Shown here: positions 37,221 through 47,164 of the stretch, piece by piece
How positions within the stretch are numbered: the first letter of the stretch is position 1
How the letters are laid out: the number at the start of each line of letters is the position of its first letter
Source: Nitrosopumilus sp.
GTDB taxonomy: Archaea > Thermoproteota > Nitrososphaeria > Nitrososphaerales > Nitrosopumilaceae
NCBI GenBank assembly: GCA_965207075.1
Contig: CBDBLO010000002.1
Span: forward strand, 1,312,001-1,376,000
Direction: 5' to 3'
DNA: 64,000 bases
Program-made: the position numbers and the translations under genes
Notes under the pieces: generated by a model
What the model was told of the DNA's origin: nothing
The model's database searches: none
Seen by the model: the letters and a program-made list of their open reading frames with translations, nothing else

Positions 37221-38381
37221 ATGGCGCAGGTGCTGGGAATAATCGGCGGCGGGCAGCTTGGCATGATGCTGACAGAGGCCGCCTCGGCAATGCCCGACCG
37301 CATATCAAAGATCGTGGTGCTTGATCCCACCGAGGGGTGTCCCGCATCCCTGGCCGGGGCCGAGCAGATCGTGGCCGACTTCAAGGACAGGGACGCCATA
37401 GTGGAGCTGTCGGGGCGCGCCGACGTGATAACGTACGAGATAGAGTCCGGCGACAGCGACGTGCTGGAGTCCGTTGCCGACCGCGCCAGGATAGAACCCT
37501 CGCCTGCGACGCTCCGGATCATACAGGACAAGCACGCGCAAAAGTCGTTCCTCGCAGAGAACGGGATTCCGGTGCCGGACTTTGTGGCCATAGACGGGCT
37601 GGACGGCCTCCTGGGGGCGCTGGAGGAGTTTGGATATCCCGCGCTGCTAAAGGCGCGCAGGGACGCGTACGACGGCAGGGGGAACTGCAAGATAGACTCC
37701 CCCGGCGAGGTGCGCGGAGCATACGGGAGGTTCGAGGGCAGGCCCATGATGCTTGAGAGGTTTGTGCCGTTTGTCAAGGAGGTGTCCGTAATCGCCGCAA
37801 GGAGCACGCGCGGCGAGATCAGGACGTACCCGCTCGTGGAGAACGTGCACGAGGAGAGCATCCTGCGGACGACGATAGCCCCTGCAAGGGTGCCCGACGG
37901 CGTGGCGGCGCGCGCCAGGCGCATAGCGGAACAGACCATGGGGGTGCTGAAGGGCGCCGGCGTGTTTGGGATAGAGATGTTTGTCACCGGCGGCGGCGGC
38001 GTGATGATAAACGAGATTGCGCCGCGCGTCCACAACTCCGGACACCACTCGCTGCAGTCCAGCGAGACGTCGCAGTTTGAGCAGCACCTGCGCGCCATCC
38101 TAGGCATGAGTCTCGGCGGCACCGCGCTGAGGGTGAGCGCAGTCATGTACAACATACTGGGGATACATGGATACGAGGGGCCCTACCGCAGCCCCGAGGT
38201 GCCGCAGGCCGACGGGCACACGTTCCTGAAGATGTACGGCAAGAAGACCTCCAAGCCCCTCCGCAAGCTGGGACACCTGAACCTGACAGGCAGGGAGGGG
38301 CAGGGGGCAGAGCACGTGCTTGATAGGCTTGAATCGATAAGGGCAAGGGCCGTGGCGCTGCCCGCACGCGATCCGCAGTAG
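37221..38381 (+). CDS. purK: N5-CAIR synthetase (ATP-grasp)
   Basis: IIGGGQLG, YDGRG, INEIAPRVHNSGH, SQFEQHLRA, RKLGH. Confidence 0.96.
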   Translation: MAQVLGIIGGGQLGMMLTEAASAMPDRISKIVVLDPTEGCPASLAGAEQIVADFKDRDAIVELSGRADVITYEIESGDSDVLESVADRARIEPSPATLRIIQDKHAQKSFLAENGIPVPDFVAIDGLDGLLGALEEFGYPALLKARRDAYDGRGNCKIDSPGEVRGAYGRFEGRPMMLERFVPFVKEVSVIAARSTRGEIRTYPLVENVHEESILRTTIAPARVPDGVAARARRIAEQTMGVLKGAGVFGIEMFVTGGGGVMINEIAPRVHNSGHHSLQSSETSQFEQHLRAILGMSLGGTALRVSAVMYNILGIHGYEGPYRSPEVPQADGHTFLKMYGKKTSKPLRKLGHLNLTGREGQGAEHVLDRLESIRARAVALPARDPQ

Positions 38382-38499
38382 ATCGCCAAACACCCCGTCG
38401 GCCGCGGCGGTTGCCTGCCCGATACGCCTGCCGTCGGGGCCCGGAACCCACCGCACGGCGTCGGCAACGGTTTATTAGAAGTTCCTTCGAAACTGGTTC

Positions 38500-38907
38500 A
38501 TGCTGACCGGAATAGCAATCGGCATCACGGGAATATCGATTGCACTGCTTGTGGTATACGGGGCCGACGTGGCAGCAATCCAGGCATCTGGCGACGCGGA
38601 ACAGGGTTTCCTGCCGTTTGATGCAAAGGTGCGCGGAATGGCTCTGGGCGCCCCCGCGCTAGTGCTCCCGTTTATCGCATTTGGAATGACCTGGAGGAGC
38701 CCCTCCGGCGTCCTGGGGGCCATGATAGTCGTAACCGGCATACTGATAATGGCCGGAGGCGGGTTCGTCCTTGCCAACGCGGACATGGCCGAGGCAGAGG
38801 AGACCGGCAGGCCGGTGGTCATGGAGAGCGCGATGCTGCTTGGGGCAGGCGCCATCCACATCGCAATGGGCGTCTTTGGCGCGTACCGCTCGCGCAGACG
38901 GCAGTGA
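38500..38907 (+). CDS. Four-TM membrane protein
   Basis: Four hydrophobic helices; YGADV...GFLP. Confidence 0.7.
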   Translation: MLTGIAIGITGISIALLVVYGADVAAIQASGDAEQGFLPFDAKVRGMALGAPALVLPFIAFGMTWRSPSGVLGAMIVVTGILIMAGGGFVLANADMAEAEETGRPVVMESAMLLGAGAIHIAMGVFGAYRSRRRQ

Positions 38908-38916
38908 TGATGGCAG

Positions 38917-39105
38917 TTGGATGCCCCGCTTCCAGCCGTATGCGCAAAGTGCCACAACGGCGCAAAAAAGACGTACAACTGCGACCATACGGACTATGCC
39001 GAGTACTGCACGGAGTGCTATACGGAGCTGCACTACTATCTTACCGAACCCGGGCAGGGACAAGATGCGCAGGGGGCGAGCGGCGACAGTGACGACGTGC
39101 CCTGA
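38917..39105 (+). CDS. Small Cys/His zinc-binding protein
   Basis: CAKC...CDH...YCTECYTELH. Confidence 0.65.
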   Translation: MDAPLPAVCAKCHNGAKKTYNCDHTDYAEYCTECYTELHYYLTEPGQGQDAQGASGDSDDVP

Positions 39106-39202
39106 TGCTGGCGGCAGCAGCAGGGACGGATCCAGTACGCCTGCAGGCCCGCATCCTGCCGCTGCCCTAAATTTACATTATACATGGTACAGCCTCAAGT
39201 AG

Positions 39203-39964
39203 TTGAAGGCTGTCATACTGGCGGGGGGAAGGGGCAAGAGGATGAGGCCTGTTACGGACTATGTGCCAAAGCCGCTTGTGCCGGTCTGCAACGTGCCCAT
39301 ACTGGAATGGCAGATAAGACACCTCCTGAAGTTCGGCATACGGGACGTTATAGTCTGCACCGGATACAAGACCGGCATGATACGCGACATGATAAGCGCA
39401 AAATCCTACGGCGCCAGGGTGGAGATATCTGAAGAGGAGACCCCCCTTGGGACCGGGGGCGCCATAAGGCGCGCCGCGGACTACATAGGGCGCGACGACT
39501 CGTTTGTGGTGATGAACGGGGACGTCATAACGGACATCGACATCGGGTCCCTCATAGAAGTCAGAAATTCGGTCGCCGCCATACCGCTGCGCACGAACTA
39601 CGGTGTGATGCTACTAAATGACGGCGGCGGCGGCGCCAGCAAGGGCGGCACGGGAGCAGGCCATGATCCTCGCACGATTGCCAAGTTTGATGAGAAGCGC
39701 GACGTGCCCGGCCTGTGGATGAACGCCGGACTGTACCACCTGGGCCGCGAGGTGCTTGCCGATCTTCCGGAGGTGGGCGACATTGAGAAGACGCTGTTTC
39801 CAAGATATGCCGAGTCTGGCAGGCTGAGGACCGTCACGTTCGGGGGGCCCGCAGCAGGGGGCAGTGCGCCGGCCATGTGGCAGTCGGTGGACTCGTTCAA
39901 GGATCTCGAGGCGTGCGAGTCCATGCTGCGAGAACGCGGCTCCGGTACTGGCAGGGTCGGATGA
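39203..39964 (+). CDS. Sugar-phosphate nucleotidyltransferase
   Basis: AVILAGGRGKR..P.T...PKPL, PLGTGGA, VMNGDV, NAGLY. Confidence 0.92.
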   Translation: MKAVILAGGRGKRMRPVTDYVPKPLVPVCNVPILEWQIRHLLKFGIRDVIVCTGYKTGMIRDMISAKSYGARVEISEEETPLGTGGAIRRAADYIGRDDSFVVMNGDVITDIDIGSLIEVRNSVAAIPLRTNYGVMLLNDGGGGASKGGTGAGHDPRTIAKFDEKRDVPGLWMNAGLYHLGREVLADLPEVGDIEKTLFPRYAESGRLRTVTFGGPAAGGSAPAMWQSVDSFKDLEACESMLRERGSGTGRVG

Positions 39965-40053
39965 CGGGCGCCGCGCCCCGGACCTACCCCCTGATCGGAC
40001 TGCATCTCGAGCGCACCGCCGCTTCCCTGCAGCTCTGGCGCGGCAGGGCCGGC

Positions 40054-40242
40054 TCAGTTGCCCGTCCTGTGCAGCGTGACCATCATATATGCCACCTCGT
40101 CGACGAAGGACTCGTCGTTGCTGGCCGCCGCATACCTTGTGGCGTCGTCCCAGAAACCGCCCCCCCTCTTGGGATCCTCCATGAGTTGACTGCTCATAGC
40201 GCGGACTGGCCGGGTGGATTGATAATGTGCCACCTCAACCAT
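40054..40242 (-). CDS. Possible small hypothetical protein
   Basis: ATG about 22 nt after an AT-rich box; 62 aa; no motif. Confidence 0.35.
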   Translation of the reverse strand: MVEVAHYQSTRPVRAMSSQLMEDPKRGGGFWDDATRYAAASNDESFVDEVAYMMVTLHRTGN

Positions 40243-40418
40243 ATCAAACCTATTGCTCAAATTTTTGAACACTAAACTCCCCGGCATTCCGGCAGCTGCA
40301 TCGGGGGCGCATGCCGCGGCGCACGGGACGGCCGAGGCCCCCGCACGCGAAGGCGTCTGCCTGCAGCATGGCCGCCGCATCACATGCTAAATATTACAAG
40401 ATGGGGGGATGTCACGGC

Positions 40419-41465
40419 ATGAGACTGTCATGCAGCCTCGGCTCGCTGCTGTCCATAAACGAGATCCTGTCGTGCGCCAAGGCGCTGTCGAAAACCGACG
40501 TTGACGCAATCTGGGTGCCGGAGACGTGGGGCATGGAGTCCTTTGCGATGCTGGGCGCGGTGTCCGCCGCCGCGCCGTCGCCGCGCATAGGCTCGTCCAT
40601 TGTAAACGTGTATTCGCGCAGCCCCGCCGCTATCGCAATGGGGGCCGCCACCGTTGACACCCTCTCCGGCGGCAGGCTTCTGCTTGGAATCGGCGCAAGC
40701 AGCCCCGCCATCGTGGAGGGGCTGCACGGCGTGCGATACGAGAGCCCTCTCAAACGCGTGCGCGAGACTGTAGAGGTAGTGCGGCTGGCCACGTCCGGCA
40801 GGCGAGTCGACTACGAGGGCGAGCTGTTCTCGCTGAACGGGTTCAGGCTCCTCGTGAGGCCCGTGCAGGACCGCATTCCGATATACCTGGCCGCCGTCAA
40901 CAGGGGAATGGTCCGGCTTGCATGGGATGTGGGGGACGGCGTAATCTTCTACCTGAGGCCCCTCGACGAGATGAGGCGCACGATACGCGCAATGCACAAA
41001 GAGTCCGGCAGGCGCATCGACGTTGCGTGCCAGCTGATAGCCTGCGTATCGGACGACGACGGCGGGGAGGCCGCGGTGGAAAGGGCAAGGCGCACGATCG
41101 CGTTCTACGTGGCAGTCGGCGACGTTTACAGAAACTTTCTGTCTGCCAACGGGTTTGCAGACGAGGCCGCGTCGATATATGGCGAGTACCGCAGCAGCGG
41201 GCTTGCAGGCGTGCACCGGTACGTGTCCGACGGGATGCTTGACGCGCTTGCCGTGTGCGGCACTCCCAAGTCCTGCAAAAACCGACTTGGCGCGTTCCGG
41301 GACGCTGGATTGGACCTGCCCATACTGCAGTTTAACCCGGTCGGGGACGTGGCGGGATCGTTTGCCCTGTTTGCAGAGACGTTCTTTGGTTACGACGGCG
41401 CCGGCTCGACAAAGCATGATGGTGACGGCAGCCGCGGCGGCGGCGATGGCGGTGGGATGCCATGA
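40419..41465 (+). CDS. LLM-class (probably F420-dependent) oxidoreductase
   Basis: WVPETWG, IVNVYSRSP, LSGGRLLLGIG, IPIYLAA, GDGVI. Confidence 0.88.
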   Translation: MRLSCSLGSLLSINEILSCAKALSKTDVDAIWVPETWGMESFAMLGAVSAAAPSPRIGSSIVNVYSRSPAAIAMGAATVDTLSGGRLLLGIGASSPAIVEGLHGVRYESPLKRVRETVEVVRLATSGRRVDYEGELFSLNGFRLLVRPVQDRIPIYLAAVNRGMVRLAWDVGDGVIFYLRPLDEMRRTIRAMHKESGRRIDVACQLIACVSDDDGGEAAVERARRTIAFYVAVGDVYRNFLSANGFADEAASIYGEYRSSGLAGVHRYVSDGMLDALAVCGTPKSCKNRLGAFRDAGLDLPILQFNPVGDVAGSFALFAETFFGYDGAGSTKHDGDGSRGGGDGGGMP

Positions 41466-42778
41466 GGCGTGCATGCATAGTGGGCTGCGGCACGACAAGG
41501 TTCACAAGCGACACCTCCGAGGCCCTGGAGTCTGTGCTGCTGCGCTCCGTAAAAAATTTGTTCGACTCGACTCCCGAGTGCGACAGGCGCGACGTGGAGG
41601 CTGTAATCGTCTCAAACGCGTCGGGCGGACATACAGGAGCCGAATCAGCAGGCCATGGCAGTTATGGGGGTGACAATAGTGATGGTGATGGAGAGGGCAT
41701 AGATGGCGGTAGTGACAGCCGCCGCCGCGGCCGTCCTGCTAGCGCCGGAAGCCCGCCTGCCCTCGACCGCCATGCGCCCAGGATGGGATCCGGATACATG
41801 GCGCCCATACTTGCGGAACTGGCAGGTATGCGCCCCCGCGCGGCCCATACGGTGGAGAGCCTGTGTAGTTCGGGGACGAACGCCATCGTGTCCGGATACG
41901 CGCACGTCGCGTCCGGGCTTGCCGACGTGGTGCTGGTAAGCGGGGCCGAGATACGCGACACGCCGGGGCGTATACTGTGGTGGGACGACTCGAGGGGTCA
42001 GTTCAAGCACCCCGTATACTGGGCGTCCCTGCTCACGAGCGGCTACAAGAGGGCGTTTGGAGTCTCCGATGACGATCTGGCCGTAGTGCCGGCGCGCGCA
42101 TACGCGAATGCGAGTTCAAACCCTGACGCGCTACGGCCGGAAGCAACTCCGACGGTAAAGGACGTGACAGGCTCAAGGCGCCTGACCGGGGACCTCAGGC
42201 TGCTTGACTGCTCCCGGCCCTGCACGGGAGGGGCGTCGATACTGATTGCATCCGAAGACGCCGCCGGCAGATACACGGACGACCCCGTGTTGATAGCGGG
42301 CGTAGGACAGAGCGTCACGTCGGCCGGGTTTGCCAAGCACTCTGAGCTTTCGCGCATCGAGTCTGCCAGGATGGCGTGCCGCGACGCCCTGCGGATGGCC
42401 GGAAGCAGGAACGGTGGCGCGGCGCGCGGGGGCGGCGCGACCCTGTCGATATCTGATGTGGACGTTGCGGAGATACACGATGCGTTCTCGGTGTGCGAGC
42501 CGATGATACTCGAGGCGCTCGGCATGGCGGAGCCGGGCAGGGGCGCCGCGGCCAGCCGGGAGCTGTACGAGACTGCAAGCCGCCGGGTAAACCCTCGCGG
42601 GGGGCTGATCGGCTCGGGGCATCCGCTGGGGGCGACGGGGCTTGCGCAGGCCGCCGAGGTCGCACGGCAGCTGTGGCGCCAGGCTCGCGGCAGGCAGGCG
42701 GACAGCCCCGAGGTCGGACTGGTCCACAACATGGCGGCCGCCGGTACCTCGTCTACTGCACTGGTGATGGTACGATGA
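41462..42778 (+). CDS. Thiolase-family protein (SCP2/archaeal type)
   Basis: ESLCSSG, EIHDAF, VNPRGGL..GHPLGATG, HNM; ATGA overlaps with both neighbours. Confidence 0.9.
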   Translation: MRRACIVGCGTTRFTSDTSEALESVLLRSVKNLFDSTPECDRRDVEAVIVSNASGGHTGAESAGHGSYGGDNSDGDGEGIDGGSDSRRRGRPASAGSPPALDRHAPRMGSGYMAPILAELAGMRPRAAHTVESLCSSGTNAIVSGYAHVASGLADVVLVSGAEIRDTPGRILWWDDSRGQFKHPVYWASLLTSGYKRAFGVSDDDLAVVPARAYANASSNPDALRPEATPTVKDVTGSRRLTGDLRLLDCSRPCTGGASILIASEDAAGRYTDDPVLIAGVGQSVTSAGFAKHSELSRIESARMACRDALRMAGSRNGGAARGGGATLSISDVDVAEIHDAFSVCEPMILEALGMAEPGRGAAASRELYETASRRVNPRGGLIGSGHPLGATGLAQAAEVARQLWRQARGRQADSPEVGLVHNMAAAGTSSTALVMVR

Positions 42779-43209
42779 GCGCGGTACTCTCTGAGTTTGA
42801 GCAAGCCATTGGGCGCGGGCTGTTCAGGGTGCCCGAATGCACAGAATGCGGCGCGGCCGTATGGCCCCCGTCAGAGTTCTGCAGTGTCTGCCTTGGCGGG
42901 GTCCGGCTTGGATCCGGATACGGCGGCGGCGGTGGCAAGAGGCTGCGGGGCCGCATAGTAGAGTGCAGCATGGAAATACCTGCCGGGCGGCTCGCCGGCG
43001 GCAGCAGCGTTAGGCGCTCGTTCTTTTGTCTGGTTGCATTTGAGTGCGGCATACGGCTGATTGCACGGCTTGTGGCGCCCACGCCGCCGGCGCCTGGCGA
43101 CTTGGTGGTGCTGAGCTCCTGCGGCATGGGCCCAAACGGATCGGGCTACGTATTCGAGGTCTCCGCGCCAGATGCCTCAGAGTACCCTGCAAGCCCGGCG
43201 AATATGTAG
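42775..43209 (+). CDS. DUF35 zinc-ribbon / OB-fold protein
   Basis: CTECG..WPP..FCSVC; translationally coupled to the thiolase. Confidence 0.82.
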   Translation: MSAVLSEFEQAIGRGLFRVPECTECGAAVWPPSEFCSVCLGGVRLGSGYGGGGGKRLRGRIVECSMEIPAGRLAGGSSVRRSFFCLVAFECGIRLIARLVAPTPPAPGDLVVLSSCGMGPNGSGYVFEVSAPDASEYPASPANM

Positions 43210-44036
43210 GGCGTCTCTTTATCCTGATCAAACGTCCAGACAGTCGGAAGGCTTATCACGCGCCTTGCCGACAGTCCGTACTTTGCTATTATGGACTCCC
43301 ACCCTCCCAGGCCGCCCGCTCCCTCTTTTCTCCTCCTTGCTGCGGGGCCGCTGCTGTCCCCCTCGCCTGCAAGTATCACGACGGCCTCCGACATGACGGA
43401 GCCGCCGCAGTCTTTGATCTTTTCAAGTAGTCCCTCAGCCAGCATCTCCCCGCCCATCTGCGGCAGTCCTCCCACGGCAAACGCGGGCCTCGTGATATCC
43501 ATGCCGCCGTAGTCCGCCGCAAGCGCGTCCATGCATACGGGGCCGAAGTCCGTCCCCGTCGAGGCCGCCACCTCCTCTTGAAGTTTGACAAGCGAGTCGT
43601 CTATCTCTATGCTGTGCGCCTTCATTCCAAGCAGGGCGGCGCAAAACGCGATGCGTCCGTCGCCGGACCCGATGTCGACTAGTTCGGTGCAGCCAAACCC
43701 CTTGGCGGCCGCGGCCAGGACGTACGCAGAAGCCAGCCACGTGGGGTAGAACGGCTGGCAGCTTGTCCCGTGCTTTATGCTGCCAAGCCAGTACTCGTTT
43801 ATGTCCCCCTCGTATATGGTGCACTCCGTGCCCGCCAGATCCTGCCGGAACGAGCCGTGGTATATCGGGTTGGACGCGGCAAACCCGTGGAGGGCCCTCA
43901 GGTGAGACTTCTCGATTGGGAATGTCTCATTTGACGGTCTTACGGGAAGCGCCTCCTGTATGTGAGCTCCTCTGGAGTAACTCTTGGACATCTCCCTCTT
44001 TACGAACGTAATCCCATCTGCGATTGTACTGTACAC
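43146..44036 (-). CDS. SAM-dependent methyltransferase-like protein
   Basis: Motif I VDIGSGDGR, SIEID; PFYPT. Confidence 0.75.
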   Translation of the reverse strand: MYSTIADGITFVKREMSKSYSRGAHIQEALPVRPSNETFPIEKSHLRALHGFAASNPIYHGSFRQDLAGTECTIYEGDINEYWLGSIKHGTSCQPFYPTWLASAYVLAAAAKGFGCTELVDIGSGDGRIAFCAALLGMKAHSIEIDDSLVKLQEEVAASTGTDFGPVCMDALAADYGGMDITRPAFAVGGLPQMGGEMLAEGLLEKIKDCGGSVMSEAVVILAGEGDSSGPAARRRKEGAGGLGGWESIIAKYGLSARRVISLPTVWTFDQDKETPYIFAGLAGYSEASGAETSNT

Positions 44037-44559
44037 TGCAGATGCGTAGGGAAGGGCGCTGATAAACGCATTGTGCGGGGCGCGTGCGTGGATGAGGGAG
44101 GGGGGGGGGGGGCGCGTGTGGAGGTAGAGGAAAAAATTAGAAAACAGAGTTTATCCAAGTGACGTCACATCAAAAGTCGGAGATTCCGAGTAACTGGAGG
44201 CCAGACCCGCCAAAGACAGAGCAGATTGTTCGTAAAATGCAAAAGGACGAAAGTAACACGGGGCAGGTCGCCAAGAGTTTCCCGCCCCGATGCACAGCTA
44301 TAGTTAAATTTGTGCCATGCGATGCTGTCACTGGTGTACGGGATGCTTGCAAACCACGGCCGCATTGAGGGAACATCTTTTTGGATGCCCCGGCGGAGCG
44401 CCGTTGCACCACACGTGATAAGCCGGTCTTGGAGCTGGCCGATAAACAGAACAGGTCGCGGCGCCGTTGTTTTTACGGCGCATGGTTTGGGCAGCTCCCG
44501 GGCCAACTGTCCGGCATCTGTCGGCAAATTAAGCGGGCCAAGTTTGATATGGTGAAGGC

Positions 44560-45696
44560 ATGAGGATCCGAATCTTCGACACCACGCTACGAGACGGGGA
44601 GCAGACAGTCGGGATATCACTGACCCCTGATCAAAAACTCGAAATCGCAAAAAGACTTGACGCGCTGGGGGTGGACGTAATCGAGGCCGGCTTTCCGACG
44701 ACGTCAGAGGGCGAGCGGCAAGCGGCAAGGATGATAACAGACGAAGGACTGTCGTCTGAAATCTGCGGAATGACAAGGGCCAACAAAAGGGACATCGACG
44801 TTGCCGCCGACACGGGGCTGAGTTACATCAACACCTTTGTTGCGACCTCGGACATTCACCTAAAACACAACCGTGAAATGACCAAGGCCCAGGCGATTGA
44901 ACAGGCAGTCGAGGCAGTCGAGTATGCAAAGTCCAGGGGTTTGAAGGTGGAGTTCGGGGCAGTGGACGCGACAAGAACCGAGAGGGGGTTCTTGAGGGAC
45001 ATACTTGGCGAGGTCGCAAAGGCAGGGGCCTATACAGTTACCATTCCGGACACTACCGGATGCGCCACCCCGGAGTACATGGCCGAACTCACGCGCGACG
45101 CCGTATCCGCCGCGGCCGGCACCCCGGTAAGCGTTCACTGTCACAACGACTTTGGGCTGGCGGTGGCAAATACGCTGTCCGGAATCAGGGCCGGGGCCTT
45201 TTGCGCGCAAGTGACGATCAACGGGATCGGGGAGAGGGCCGGGAACGCGTCACTAGAGGAGCTTGCAATGGCGCTAAAGTGCCTCCGGTATGATCAAAAG
45301 TACGAGACGGGGATAAAGTCCGAACGGATCTATGACACGTCAAGGTTCATATCCAAAGTCATGGGAATACGGGTGCAGCCAAACAAGGCGGTCGTAGGCG
45401 ACAACGCGTTTAGCCACGAGGATGAGATTCACACCGATGCCATGCTGGACAATCAGATGACATACGAGCCGTTCAGTCCCGAACTAGTGGGGCGAAAGCA
45501 CCAGATCTACGTGGGGAAGCACACCGGAGTCCTGGGACTGAACGCCGCCCTGGGCAACTACGGCATCAGACCGACAGAGGGACAGTCAAGGCGGATCCTA
45601 GACCGGGTCAAGGCGTCGGCCGACCAGGGAGCGAGGATTACCGACGCGCAGATGTTGCTGATCACGCGCGAGGTCCTTGGTGAAGAGCGAGACTAG
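44560..45696 (+). CDS. 2-isopropylmalate synthase-like DRE-TIM enzyme, divergent, lacking the C-terminal regulatory domain
   Basis: [34 protein letters not shown]; 378 aa; non-canonical YINTF, EFGAVD, HEDEIH. Confidence 0.88.
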   Translation: MRIRIFDTTLRDGEQTVGISLTPDQKLEIAKRLDALGVDVIEAGFPTTSEGERQAARMITDEGLSSEICGMTRANKRDIDVAADTGLSYINTFVATSDIHLKHNREMTKAQAIEQAVEAVEYAKSRGLKVEFGAVDATRTERGFLRDILGEVAKAGAYTVTIPDTTGCATPEYMAELTRDAVSAAAGTPVSVHCHNDFGLAVANTLSGIRAGAFCAQVTINGIGERAGNASLEELAMALKCLRYDQKYETGIKSERIYDTSRFISKVMGIRVQPNKAVVGDNAFSHEDEIHTDAMLDNQMTYEPFSPELVGRKHQIYVGKHTGVLGLNAALGNYGIRPTEGQSRRILDRVKASADQGARITDAQMLLITREVLGEERD

Positions 45697-46023
45697 CGAC
45701 GGCCACGCGTCAGGGCGACCTCGACAAAAGGACACCGCCCAGAGGGCGGGCCTGCCGGTCTTGTGATGCAGATGATCGATTTTGCCGTTGCTGCTGCCGC
45801 TGGGACAGGCCGCGCATTATTCCTGTGATCTGCAATAAGGGGCCAGTCCTGTGTCCGTTTGGCACGGTACGCGTTTTATTGGCGGGGCTTGGGGAAGATC
45901 AGCAATGACACGCTTGCGTCCGCACCTGCACAGAAAGGCGCCGACGAGACGACGCGGAGCGCGGTCACTAGTGTGCCGCCACACATTAACATCTATTTAA
46001 GCAGCACATCCGTAACGCCCATC

Positions 46024-46938
46024 ATGAAGGAATCCCGCAAGATATGGATGGACGGCCGCCTGGTGCCGTTCCAGGACGCAAAGGTGCACGTCTTGACGCA
46101 CGCGCTGCACTACTCCACGGCGGTATTTGACGGCATCAGGTACTACAACACGCGCGAAGGCCCCGCAATATTCAGGCTTGAGGATCACGTAGAGAGGCTG
46201 TTCCGCTCGGCCAAGATATACTCTATGAAGATCAGATATACCAGACGGCAGGTCCGCGATGCCATAATCGATACGGTGCGCGCGTGCGGGCTCAAGGAGG
46301 GTTACATACGCCCCCTGGCATACTACGGGTACGGCGAGACGGGCCTCACGCCTACGAGGAACAAGGTTGATCTCTCCATATCGTGCTGGCCCTGGAAGAT
46401 GGGCGAATCGAAGGCCGGCAAGTTTTCCGGTGCACGACGCATGGTGTCAAGCTGGGTCAGGATAGACCCCAGGGCCCAGCCCATACAGGCAAAGGTGGCC
46501 GCCAACTATTCTAGTGCCGCGCTCGCAAGGATCGAGGCGTCTGAGAACGGGTACGACGAGGCCATCATACTGAACACAGACGGCAGGGTGGCAGAGGGCT
46601 GCGTCGAGAACATATTCGTATGCAGGGACGGCTCGATACTGACGCCGCCGCTCTCGACTGGGTGCCTGGACGGCATCACGAGGGACAGCGTGACGCGAAT
46701 AGCAGAGGCAGACGGGATGGATGTCGCAGAGTACGACTTGTACAGGGACGACCTGTATGTCGCGGACGAGGTGTTCATGACAGGCACGGTCGCAGAGATA
46801 AGGTCGGTCACGCAGGTGGACAGGGCCAGAATTGGAACAGGACGCATGGGCCGAATTACAAAAGGACTGCAAAAGTCGTTTGCAGATGTCGTAGCGGGCA
46901 GGGACGGCAGGTTCAGGCAGTGGCTGACTGTCATCTGA
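46024..46938 (+). CDS. ilvE: Branched-chain amino acid aminotransferase (fold type IV), divergent
   Basis: LHYS..FDGIR, FRLEDHVERL, YIRP, AK..ANY, EG..ENIF, LDGITR, EVFMTGT. Confidence 0.88.
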   Translation: MKESRKIWMDGRLVPFQDAKVHVLTHALHYSTAVFDGIRYYNTREGPAIFRLEDHVERLFRSAKIYSMKIRYTRRQVRDAIIDTVRACGLKEGYIRPLAYYGYGETGLTPTRNKVDLSISCWPWKMGESKAGKFSGARRMVSSWVRIDPRAQPIQAKVAANYSSAALARIEASENGYDEAIILNTDGRVAEGCVENIFVCRDGSILTPPLSTGCLDGITRDSVTRIAEADGMDVAEYDLYRDDLYVADEVFMTGTVAEIRSVTQVDRARIGTGRMGRITKGLQKSFADVVAGRDGRFRQWLTVI

Positions 46939-47164
46939 CAGGTATAGCGCCTAGCATGTGACGGCCTCGGCCTGCAGCCGGCGAATCGCCATCCCACGGC
47001 GCCACGGCTTGGAGGCATGGCCGACTTACGTCCCGCCTGCGGGTCAGTCGGACGGACTGCGCCGTGTCGCAGGGCCGCACCCCCTTGGCGGAGCGGATTG
47101 GGGAATCGCGCAGCACGCCACATCTGACATAACGCTAATATTGCTTCCTTCCTACACTGTACCA

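Noticed and set aside
44130-44559. Riboswitch or attenuator upstream of the IPMS-like gene
   Set aside because: Lower-GC leader, but no recognisable aptamer, T-box or Leu-rich leader peptide; cannot be supported without an Rfam search.
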